In this document: piece by piece, positions 1 through 8,600 of the stretch
Position numbering within the stretch: position 1 is the first letter of the stretch
Layout of the letters: the number at the start of each line of letters is the position of its first letter
From: a virus
Lineage: Duplodnaviria > Caudoviricetes
Strand: one strand, 5' to 3'
Virus record (IMG/VR): IMGVR_UViG_3300012971_000067
Coordinates: 1-29,467 of that record
DNA length: 29,467 nt
The notes under the pieces: model-generated
What the model was told of the DNA's origin: nothing
What the model saw: the letters and a program-made list of their open reading frames with translations, nothing else
The model's database searches: none
Position numbers and translations under genes: made by a program

Positions 1-596
1 ATGGCCTGGATCACGAGCATGATGGCGTGCATCTTGGCGCTGTTTTCTTGCGCGCGCTTTTGGCGCAGCTTCTCAGCGGGGTCCGGCGCTAGTATTCGAG
101 GCTCTTCACGTTCGGGCCGCGGGGTCATGGCCGCGCGCTCCTGGGCGACCAATTCGGGCAGAGATACTTCCACATCAGGGATTTCACCTGTTGCCGCGAA
201 GCGGTGAACCAGCGCGCGAGCGCTGGCGTGGGAAACCGTTTCACCATTTGAGGCGCGGCGGATCGCCTCTTCGCGGACGGGCTCCGGCGTCGATGGCGCC
301 GCGATGAGGTAGAGCGCGGATACGTCGATTTCGATATTAGACAAATTGTCTAATGTGAACCGCTCCGAGACGTGCATAAACCGTTCTGCGCTCTTGTAAG
401 TCCACGCGAACTCGCGCTCAATCCATTCAAGAAACTTTCCGTGGCCGAGCCGCGCCTTCACTTCGCTGAGATACTCCCCGATCTTCACAATGCTCGCCGC
501 AGTCATCCGCGCAAGGTTGTGGATGCGCTCTGCTCGTTCGACAACGAACGCGCGGGTGTCTGCATCGAGGGCTGCGTAATCGAAACGAAGCTGCAT
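1..596 (-). CDS. DUF3102 domain-containing putative DNA-binding protein (runs off the left edge)
   Basis: Not in the ORF track because no stop lies in the window. Manual translation from ATG 596 gives MQLRFDYAALDADTRAFV...IVKIGEYLSEVKARLGHGKFLEWIEREFAWTYKSAERFMHV...SALYLIAAPSTPE. The IGxxLxEVKxxLxHGxFxxW and SALYxxAAPSTP motifs are characteristic of DUF3102. Confidence 0.85.
   Translation of the reverse strand, partial: MQLRFDYAALDADTRAFVVERAERIHNLARMTAASIVKIGEYLSEVKARLGHGKFLEWIEREFAWTYKSAERFMHVSERFTLDNLSNIEIDVSALYLIAAPSTPEPVREEAIRRASNGETVSHASARALVHRFAATGEIPDVEVSLPELVAQERAAMTPRPEREEPRILAPDPAEKLRQKRAQENSAKMHAIMLVIQA
336..354. repeat. Perfect intragenic palindrome ATTAGACAA-A-TTGTCTAAT
   Basis: 9-bp arms with a 1-nt spacer; AT-rich within a GC-rich gene; encodes (T)LDNLSN. 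Confidence 0.9.
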
Positions 597-601
597 GACC
601 G

Positions 602-1570
602 TCACAGTTCCTCCTCGGGCTCTTTGACGAGCGGCGAATCCAGCAGAAAGCGGCGCCCGCCGGGCTTGGGTTTCGTGTGGAGCCCCATCAAAGTCTCGCG
701 GGTGTCCTTCGGCTTTTCGTGGAGCAGCCCCAGAGCGATCGACTGCCAGTCGGTTTTCGAGCCGTCCTTGGTGCGGCGCCAGGTGATCTTTCCTTGCGGA
801 AATTCGAGGCCCTCGCGCTCCCCGATCATGCGCTTGATTTCGGCTTCCATCTCCGAGCGCATGGTCATGAGCTTGGTCTGGTCCGCGCGGACGGTGATGT
901 ACGCCAGGATGTAATCGAGCTGAACCGGAGTCGGCTTCGCCATGTCCGGGCGCTTGTGGTGGGGGAACTTGCGGGCAAGATAGGCGTGCGTGGCTTTGGA
1001 GCCGGTGAGTGGCGGCTCGTCGTCGCCCACCAGATACCGCTCCCACCAGTCGCGCGCGTAGGAGAGCATCTGTTTTTCGGCCTGGACGTTGCGGTCGACG
1101 CGGTAGACGCGGAGCTCGTTGCCGGCAATCAGCACGGCCACGTCCCAGAAATCCCGGTCCGTCGCGCTCATGTACCACATGGCTTGCAGGTAGACTGAGG
1201 CCGGAATCTCGGAAACCGACTCGCCCCACTTGTAAGCCTGGTCGAGGGAGACGTTCTTGCAGTCGAGCCCGCCGCGCTCCGCGACATGCAGAGCATCCGG
1301 CGTGTAGACCTGGAACGCGCGCTCCGGGTGATGGATTGTCTGGTCGATCCATTCGACCTGGCAACCGGTCTGATGCGTGTAGATTTTTGCGATTCCCTGC
1401 TCGAGCGCCTTCCCGATGACCATGCGGATCGAGGGCTCGGGCTCATAATCGCGGCCGAACTTTTTTTCCACCCAGACGGAATGAGCGTCTTTAAAGGCGT
1501 CGCCCACGCCGAGGATGGGACCAATATCCGATCCGCCGAGCGCTAGGGAGGTTTTTTCACTATCGCGCAT
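602..1570 (-). CDS. YqaJ-like viral recombinase / lambda-exonuclease family nuclease
   Basis: 322 aa with motifs GGSDIGPILG, GKALE, TPDA, LDCK (PD-(D/E)xK) and YLQAMWYM; SD AAGGA upstream. Confidence 0.9.
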   Translation of the reverse strand: MRDSEKTSLALGGSDIGPILGVGDAFKDAHSVWVEKKFGRDYEPEPSIRMVIGKALEQGIAKIYTHQTGCQVEWIDQTIHHPERAFQVYTPDALHVAERGGLDCKNVSLDQAYKWGESVSEIPASVYLQAMWYMSATDRDFWDVAVLIAGNELRVYRVDRNVQAEKQMLSYARDWWERYLVGDDEPPLTGSKATHAYLARKFPHHKRPDMAKPTPVQLDYILAYITVRADQTKLMTMRSEMEAEIKRMIGEREGLEFPQGKITWRRTKDGSKTDWQSIALGLLHEKPKDTRETLMGLHTKPKPGGRRFLLDSPLVKEPEEEL

Positions 1571-1583
1571 GGTCTGGGTCCTT

Positions 1584-1793
1584 TTAGGCCGCGGCGCTGC
1601 GGTGTTTTGCTTTCGAAGCGGGCTTGGGGGGCCGCAAGGTGCGGATAATCAGCCGGGTAATGTATTCGGCCGGCTTTATCCGGAAGCCGTCGATTTCCTC
1701 CTGGCGGGAGAGTTCCGCTTCGACTAAGCGAAGCGCCTCCGGTGGAATATATAACGTCTTTTTCACCTTCTTTACCTGAGCACGAGCGTTCAT
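1584..1793 (-). CDS. Small basic ribbon-helix-helix (Arc/CopG-like) regulator, putative
   Basis: KKTLYIPPE beta-strand pattern followed by two helices (ALRLVEAELSRQ; PAEYITRLII). SD AGGAG; start is ATG 1793 or GTG 1799. First gene after the promoter. Confidence 0.65.
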   Translation of the reverse strand: MNARAQVKKVKKTLYIPPEALRLVEAELSRQEEIDGFRIKPAEYITRLIIRTLRPPKPASKAKHRSAAA

Positions 1794-1889
1794 GGGCACA
1801 CTTCTCCTGTAGGAACAAATGCGGATAATTGAGCCTTCGAGCTATCCCGGCGCTCGATGTTTCGGAGCATCGAACCCGGTCGTGAATAG

Positions 1890-1931
1890 ATTTAACCCCA
1901 AACGTCATAAGCTGTCAAGTTCTTTTTTTTT
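1890..1931 (-). promoter_or_regulatory. Sigma70-like promoter of the early module
   Basis: Perfect -35 TTGACA (1918-1913), 17-bp spacer, imperfect -10 TTAAAT (1895-1890), and an upstream A-tract resembling an UP element. Confidence 0.65.
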
Positions 1932-2155
1932 CAGGCACTTGCGGCAATTTGTGGCGCTTTGGAGTCTATCAGCGGCGCTGTGACGGCAATGTGCGGCACT
2001 TTGCCGCAAACAGCCGCGCATTCGAGACACGGACATGTATACGAGACCCCCTGAAAATGGAATGAGCTATGCCCCCCGAGACGCTTCGGCATGAAGCGGC
2101 ATCCAGGGCACAGGAGTGCGCGCACATGCTGGCGCGACCGCCGCAAGTGAGCCAC
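1931..2155 (-). CDS. Small Cys/His-rich hypothetical protein (possible Zn-binding)
   Basis: 74 aa; GTG start preceded by GGAGG; CPGC...H...H...CPCLEC...C; same orientation as neighbours and fills the gap. Confidence 0.45.
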   Translation of the reverse strand: MAHLRRSRQHVRALLCPGCRFMPKRLGGHSSFHFQGVSYTCPCLECAAVCGKVPHIAVTAPLIDSKAPQIAASA

Positions 2156-2165
2156 CCCCCTCCGG

Positions 2166-2201
2166 AATCACCGTATGCGCCATTTGGCGCATACGGTAAT
2201 T
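2166..2201 (-). promoter_or_regulatory. Long hairpin / inverted repeat
   Basis: Minus strand AATTACCGTATGCGCC-AAAT-GGCGCATACGGTGATT: 16-bp stem with one G-U and a 4-nt loop. No U-tract follows, so function is unassigned. Confidence 0.6.
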
Positions 2202-2294
2202 ACCTTACGCGGATGCAAAACGTTACAGATACGTTCCGAAAAAGAAATTAAATCTTCAGTTCCTGGGGGGCGTCGATTCTCTGCGTAAAGTGTT

Positions 2295-2582
2295 TCACAT
2301 GAGCTTGTTCACGGTGGCTTCGACCGACGATTGGAGCAGTTCATCGGTGATGTTTGCACCGGCCGTCTGGACATTCGCATCCATAACCACGTTGGGCTGA
2401 AGCGTCTGCGCCATCTGCTGCGGGTTCTGGGCGGCGTTGTTCGCCCATTTCAGGCGGGTGTTGTGGGCGACCGTAGTGGATGGCTCATCCAGAATCGAAG
2501 TCGAATACTTTAGGACGGCAACTTTGATGCGGCCCTGAAAGTCCATATCGGTCATCAAAGCGTTCTGTTCTTTGTAGGTCAT
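2295..2582 (-). CDS. Hypothetical protein, probable tail fibre assembly chaperone
   Basis: 95 aa, helical, SD GGGAG, directly downstream of the last fibre gene. Function inferred from position only. Confidence 0.6.
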   Translation of the reverse strand: MTYKEQNALMTDMDFQGRIKVAVLKYSTSILDEPSTTVAHNTRLKWANNAAQNPQQMAQTLQPNVVMDANVQTAGANITDELLQSSVEATVNKLM

Positions 2583-2609
2583 TGTGTTTTTCTCCCTTTT
2601 GAAAACTCG

Positions 2610-5237
2610 TTAATACCATTCCGTCCACTTCGCAAGGTTGCCCAACTGCCCGCCGCTCAACTGCACCTGATAGTAGTTATTTGGCAGCACCCAGAAATAG
2701 ACCGAGTAGGTGCCACCTTGAACTGAAGAATTTCCCTGCGTGGACACCACCGTTCCAGGCGTGGCGGCTCCGTCCGTATAGGCTGTGATGGAGCCGCCCT
2801 GCGGGAAGTTGTATGTGACCGCGACGAACATCGGCTTCCCGGTCGTGTTGTGGTACGGCGTGGCTAAGGCGCGAGAGGCGGTGACATCGTTCTGTGCTGA
2901 AACCCCGCCACTGACAACGCGCACTCCATTGACGTAGAAGCCGCCCGTGACATTCAGACCTCCGCTGGTATCCAGCGTCATGATCGGCGTGGAACTGGCC
3001 TGATCGGTGTAGAACTTGTAAACTCCGTTTGCCGTGGTGAACCGCATTTCGCCGCTTTGAATCCCGATGCCGTAGAGACTCGAGCCGGTGCCGTTGTCGT
3101 ACAGTGCGAGCTTTATGTTCGCGAGATTCCCGCCAAAGGAGAGCGGCGCCTGTGGCGTCGCGGTGCCGATGCCCACATTGCCGGACATGAAATAAGTCCC
3201 TGCCGTGAAGAATGTCAGCGGCCATGTTGTCGACTGGTCGGAGCTGACGGGTTGCAGAATCGGGCCGTTCCCGGCCGCCAAGCCGAAGGACGCCTGATCG
3301 CCGCGAAAGTTGAGCAGCCCGTTCCCGCAATTCACGGTGAAGAGCCCGCCCATATTCGTAGTCCACACGCCCACGTATCCATTCGGGTTGATGAAGATGG
3401 ATTGACTGACTGCAACCCCGGAGCCGCCAGTGGCGGTTGGAGCGGTGCCCAACCATAAGTTGCCGTTGCTGAACTGGATGAGTCCGCCCCCGCCAGTGTT
3501 GCGAACAACCCATTGACCGCCGTTGTAATACATGTTGTCCGTAATGCCGCTGCTCAAAAGCTGGTTGCACCACAGATTCAGCGAGCCGAACCTTGCGATG
3601 CTGTTCGATGCGATTGGATTCGGAAGATCGAGCAGCACTTGCGGAGACGGCGTTCCAATGCCAACGTACCCACTCGGTGAGAGAATTCGCATAGCTTCGC
3701 GCCGATTCGGGACGCTGTAGTCGTAGCAATAGAGTGCGAGATCCGCCGCGACGCTCCCGGCGCCAAAGACCGCGCTCACGCCGGGAGCGTATCTGTTATA
3801 GGGCGCGTTCGCAAATGGCGCATCGCCCAAATAGAGTGAAGCGCCGATGGGGTTACTGGAATTTGTCTGTCCCCCGCTGTAAGCGGCGATGTCGCCAGCG
3901 ACGTGCAGCGCAGAAAGCGGATTCACATTCCGGACGCCCACATTGCGGGTGCCCTGCTGAATCGTGAGAGCCGGACCTGTAGCCAGATCATAACAATGGA
4001 AATCTTTCGAATTGTTTCCGGCGGCTACGTCTGTCCCGATGGCCCATAGATCCGCCGCCGAGTACGCGCCGTAAAAGTGGAGTTGGGTGTTGTTCCCCGC
4101 TCCGTTTCCGCGCAGCATTAAAGCGATGCTTGAGCCGGCGCCGGCTTTGACATCAAGCGCCGCTGACGGAGTTAAAGTTCCGATCCCCACGTTTCCGCCC
4201 AAAGGATTCAGGGAAAGGGACCAGGCCGTGGAATCGCTGTGCCGCGCTTGCAGGTAATACGGGAACGACCCCGCTGTAGGGGATTGACCAAAGGCAAGTT
4301 CCACATCCCCGCCCGTGCCGGAATTGAAAAGGACATCTGTCGGTGCGCCATAGGTGATCGACGCTTCCCGAGCGCCCGTCCCGAGCGCGAACAAACCGGA
4401 CGGGCTTTGGGTGCTTTGCCCGATAGTGATGCTCTTCGCGTTTCGCAAGCTGAAGTTGCCGCCGTCGATGTTCGATGTCCAGGGTGTCTGATTCCCGCCC
4501 GTCGCGGGTGTTGCCCATTTGACGCCGAGCGCCTGAGTCGAGTCCGCCTGGAGCACCTGCCCGTCCGAGCCAACCCCGATGCGCGTGGTGCCGCCCGCTC
4601 CATGAACGATCAAATCGCCCTTGGTGGTGGTCGGGTCGGTCATTCCGCTGGTGCCGCCCGATGCGGCAATGGTGATGCTGTTGCCCGATGGCGTGAGCGT
4701 GATATTCGCGCCCGCCGCAAGAACCACAGCACCCACGAGAGAGTTGAGCGAGTTGACGATGGTGGGCGCTCCGGTGAGCTTGCCATAAGCAAGTGACGCC
4801 AGCCACGACGGGTTCGCATAGCTCTGCGTGACATCCACTGCGTTTGTGACCTGCGCCGCCGTGTAGTCGCCCCCCATTGCGACAACCGCGCCGGAGCGTC
4901 CGAATACGGTCGAGACGGGCGGCGCGGGAGCCCCGGTGATCTTCGCCCACGGGATAGAAGCGATCCAGGCTGGATTGGCATAGCTCTGCGTCTTGTCAAC
5001 CGCGTTCGTGACCTCGGCCGCCGTGTAATCTCCCGGCGCTGCATTCACGTCGCCCGAACGTCCGAACACGCTCGATACGACGCCCGACCCAACCGTGTCC
5101 AGAATCACGTTTACAAGGCGATGGCCCCCGCCGTTGACATCGCCGCCCCAGTCGCGGACATCGTTTGCAAGGTTGTTCAGATCATCCGAGTGCAGCATCT
5201 CGGATGGCTGGAAGTCGTTACGCGAGAGCCATGCCAT
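2610..5237 (-). CDS. Tail fibre / receptor-binding protein 2
   Basis: 875 aa. N-terminal MAW...DLN anchor-like motif, VSSVFGRSG repeats, TTKGDLIV...GSDGQVL motif, five G(N/Y)VG(I/V)xT shaft repeats, and a C-terminal DVTASRALATPYHNTTGKPMFV...VLPNNYYQV domain typical of fibre tips. Confidence 0.85.
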   Translation of the reverse strand: MAWLSRNDFQPSEMLHSDDLNNLANDVRDWGGDVNGGGHRLVNVILDTVGSGVVSSVFGRSGDVNAAPGDYTAAEVTNAVDKTQSYANPAWIASIPWAKITGAPAPPVSTVFGRSGAVVAMGGDYTAAQVTNAVDVTQSYANPSWLASLAYGKLTGAPTIVNSLNSLVGAVVLAAGANITLTPSGNSITIAASGGTSGMTDPTTTKGDLIVHGAGGTTRIGVGSDGQVLQADSTQALGVKWATPATGGNQTPWTSNIDGGNFSLRNAKSITIGQSTQSPSGLFALGTGAREASITYGAPTDVLFNSGTGGDVELAFGQSPTAGSFPYYLQARHSDSTAWSLSLNPLGGNVGIGTLTPSAALDVKAGAGSSIALMLRGNGAGNNTQLHFYGAYSAADLWAIGTDVAAGNNSKDFHCYDLATGPALTIQQGTRNVGVRNVNPLSALHVAGDIAAYSGGQTNSSNPIGASLYLGDAPFANAPYNRYAPGVSAVFGAGSVAADLALYCYDYSVPNRREAMRILSPSGYVGIGTPSPQVLLDLPNPIASNSIARFGSLNLWCNQLLSSGITDNMYYNGGQWVVRNTGGGGLIQFSNGNLWLGTAPTATGGSGVAVSQSIFINPNGYVGVWTTNMGGLFTVNCGNGLLNFRGDQASFGLAAGNGPILQPVSSDQSTTWPLTFFTAGTYFMSGNVGIGTATPQAPLSFGGNLANIKLALYDNGTGSSLYGIGIQSGEMRFTTANGVYKFYTDQASSTPIMTLDTSGGLNVTGGFYVNGVRVVSGGVSAQNDVTASRALATPYHNTTGKPMFVAVTYNFPQGGSITAYTDGAATPGTVVSTQGNSSVQGGTYSVYFWVLPNNYYQVQLSGGQLGNLAKWTEWY
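4758..5078 (-). repeat. Two tandem ~54-aa repeats in fibre 2
   Basis: VS(S/T)VFGRSGxVxAxxGDYTAA(E/Q)VTNAVDxTQSYANPxW(I/L)AS...K(I/L)TGAP; units start at 5078 and 4916. Confidence 0.9.
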
Positions 5238-5243
5238 GTAGGT

Positions 5244-5609
5244 TTACTGTGCGATTGGCCCGTTCACTTTGGTTTCGGGTTCCTGAAGCGGTTCGGTCTG
5301 CGGCTCCTGGAGTACTTCCGGCCTTGCCTTGCGCTTGTTCGCTCCCGCTTGCGCCACGGGCTCATCGGGAACAGTGCAATAGATCGCGCCGTTTGAGGCC
5401 CGCACGTTTTCGCACCGCTCGATCCCGCGCCCCAAAACTGCCGAGCGCAAGAAGCTGTTTTGTTTTTCGACCACGGATTCGAGCGTTTTCCGCGCCGCTT
5501 CCATGTCGAGAGTGAGAGCGCCGAACGCCGCGAGTGCGTTGGTGCGCTCTTGAGTGATCGCCTGAAGCATCTGTTGTTCATGCTGTTGAAGTGGAAATGA
5601 TTTTTCCAT
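5244..5609 (-). CDS. Hypothetical coiled-coil protein between the fibre genes (possible chaperone)
   Basis: 121 aa from ATG 5609 (MEKSF...), with SD AAGGAG overlapping the upstream stop; heptad-like N-terminal half. Confidence 0.7.
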   Translation of the reverse strand: MEKSFPLQQHEQQMLQAITQERTNALAAFGALTLDMEAARKTLESVVEKQNSFLRSAVLGRGIERCENVRASNGAIYCTVPDEPVAQAGANKRKARPEVLQEPQTEPLQEPETKVNGPIAQ

Positions 5610-5619
5610 CGTTCGCTCC

Positions 5620-8600
5620 TTATTGGCAGTAGGTGATAATCCCACCGCGAATCAAAACCGTCTTGCCATCGGCGGTCGTGAACTGGGCGCTTGGAACTCC
5701 CGTTGAGCCGCCGTGAATGTTGAAATTCGTCGCCGCTACTCCACCGTTGCAATCGACGCCCGACCCAACAAAAGCGCCCGCATTGTTGACCACCGCGCCG
5801 CCCGCGAAACCGCTGACGGAAAGCGTCGTGCCTTTTACATCTCCGGTGGCCGCGACTTGGGAGCCCTGAAACACGCCCCCGGACGTGATGATGATGGACG
5901 AACTGAACGTAAGCGATCCGCCGCGGATGTCGCCCGATCCGACGTTGAGGCTTCCGCCATTGATAGGGCCAGTGCCGACGTTGAGACTTCCGCCGCCGAT
6001 TCCATTGACGCCAACATTCACCCCCGCTCCGACAAATGCGCCATTCACATTGATAACCGGAGACAAATTCGTGACGGAGATGGTCGCGCCCTTCACGTCT
6101 CCAGGTGAAGCCACTTGGGAGCCTTGAAACACGCCCCCAGAAGAAATAATGTTCGACGAACTGAACCATAGCGAGCCACAGTAAACGGCTCCAGATCCGA
6201 CGTTGAGACTTCCGCCCGCGATGGGTCCGGTGCGGACATTCAGACTGCCGCCGCCAAGTCCATAGTTAACCCCGACATCCACCCCAGCCCCTACGAACGC
6301 ACCGCTTGCATTGACCACTGGAGCGAAAGAAGTCACCGACAGAGTAGCCCCCTTCACGTCGCCGGGGGATGCCACCTGCGAGCCTTGAAAAACGCCCGCC
6401 GAACTGATGATGACGGTTGAGCTAAATGTGAGCGATCCGCCGCGAATATCGCCCGCTCCAACGTTGAGGCTTCCACCCTGAATGGGACCGCTGCCGACGT
6501 TGAGACTTCCGCCGCCGATTCCATTAGAGCCAACCTGCACGCCCGCGCCCCCGAAAGAGCCGCCGCCATAGCTTCCCGCCGACATCGCACCGCTTGCCGT
6601 GATGGTGGTTGCGGAGATAGAGCCGACGCCGCTCAAATTATGGCCCGCACCCGCGATGTCCTGAGCCCACGGAGTTTGCGGTTGCCCGCCCGAGCCGCTC
6701 GCGGTCGATGCGATGGTGATGGTGTTCCCGGATGGCGAGAGTGTGATGTTCGTTCCAGCCGCAAGGATGACGGCTCCAGTGAGTCCGTTGAAGCTGGACA
6801 CCCCAGCCGAAGCGATGATCGGTTGGCCCGTCCAGTGCCCCGTCGAGTCGATCACTTGCCCGAAGCCTGAAATCGTAAGACTGCCCCGCTGCGTCACGTT
6901 GCCAATGCTCGATACAACAAAATTCGGAACTGCGTTTTTGTCGGTGAGCGAGAATTGAGCGCCCGAATCAGTGGCTTGCCCCGATGCAAGGTAAACGGTG
7001 CGGGTCGCCGGAACTGTGGGCGAATACATGGCAAGCTCGCCCCAGAACGCAGTCGGGGAATCGTCGCCGCCCGAGTCGCCGTTGTACATCACGAGCGAAG
7101 CGAGAACGGGATTGTTAATCTGCGGGCCGCGCAGCACGAAGCCCCGGCTTATGAACAGAGCGCCGTATTTAGTGAGGTTGCCGATGTTCGCCGGGTCGAC
7201 CTGGCTCACCCATTGCTGAATCGCGATGCCGGGGAACTGCCAAGTTCCACTGAGCCCCGATACGGTGGTAGTGCCCTGGAGCCCGGCCCACTGACTCGAT
7301 CCCATCGTGAGGCGGTACGCCTTAGAGTAGGGAGCCGTTGTTTGCTGCCCAAGATAGTCAATCGTGAACGAATCGACGTTGCGTATCTTAATCGAACTCC
7401 CGAGCGAAGTGCCATCGGGCGAGATCATGAAATTCCATTTGGAAATGTCGGTTCCACCAGCTGCGAACTGCGTGAACCACGCTCCCGAAGAAATCGGCCC
7501 GTTGCCGCCGCCCGTTCCATCGTTGCCCGAATCCGGCGCTGCGAAGTTTATCTTCGCTCCGATGCGGCCTTTTTCCATGCCCGTCGCGTCGCGGATCGAG
7601 ACGTAAGGGTAAGACGTGCCTTGATTCGCAGCGATGCCGCCCACTTCAATGACGCCGTTATTGTCGATCCAGATAGGCGCGTCGAGCGGCTTCGTGCCGC
7701 CCACCCAAAGCTGTTTGAACCACGCGCCGAACAGCCCTGCGCTTCCTCCCGAGCCGGCCGTTTGAGCGCCCGCCCATCCGATCAGGTTGCCGTCCTTGTC
7801 GTTAATCGCAAGCTGCCCGTTCTGTGAGCCGCCGAAAGTATTAGGGCCGCCGCCGATAACGATGTGGTTTGCCACCTGGACGATTTGCGCGGAGATCGTT
7901 TGCGCCTGAAGGCCCAGTGGATCGACCCATGCGAATTGAGCCGGGTCGAACCATCCGGAGCGCGCGGGAATGATGGCGCCCTGCGTCGGAGTGTAGCTGT
8001 ACGGAATGTTCGGCGTCGAAGCGGGAACAATCGAATTGCGATTGCCCTGCGGATCACGGCTCACCAGATAGAACTTGAGCGGAATAGCGACGCCTGGCGC
8101 TCCGGGCAGCGTCATCCACGGTGTCGTGAACGATGTGGGAGCCGCGCCTCCCGCGGAAAGCGGCACATCCCAATAGACCGCCGATGTGAGGTCATCGTTC
8201 GTGACCATCCCAATCGTCAGCCCGCCGTAGCTCTTGAACTTGGGATCGGTCGGCGGAACCGTGGTGAGCCCGCTGATCTGGTACTGAACCACGCGCACGC
8301 CATCGGCTTGCGTTTTTTCGACGGCGGCCACGGCGCCCGCCGTTGGGTTCGGCACGAGCGGCGCCCATTCCCCGCCCGCCACACCCGAGCCCTTCGGCCC
8401 GATGGTGAACGTCACCGTTGGCGAATGAAAACCTGCTTGCCCGTAAGCTGCCGGATCGTCCGCGAGAACTCCGGTCGCAACGTCGACCGAGATAGCCGCG
8501 ACGGTCCAGGTTTCGGCGACCGATGGGATTTTGTCTATGAAAACCGTGCCGCCCTTGTCGTTCTTGTTGAACTGCTGCGCGTTTCCAGGGAGCGGTTGCG

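Noticed and set aside
2069-2251. 60-aa plus-strand ORF
   Set aside because: No good SD, overlaps the Cys-rich ORF and hairpins, and opposes all other genes.
5264-6169. 301-aa alternate-frame ORF as a frameshifted fibre variant
   Set aside because: Arg/Trp-rich translation of Gly codons in another frame; no slippery site or domain.
5767-6549. Fibre repeats as a DGR template/variable repeat pair
   Set aside because: Differences are mainly synonymous and not adenine-specific; all copies are coding; no reverse transcriptase in the window.
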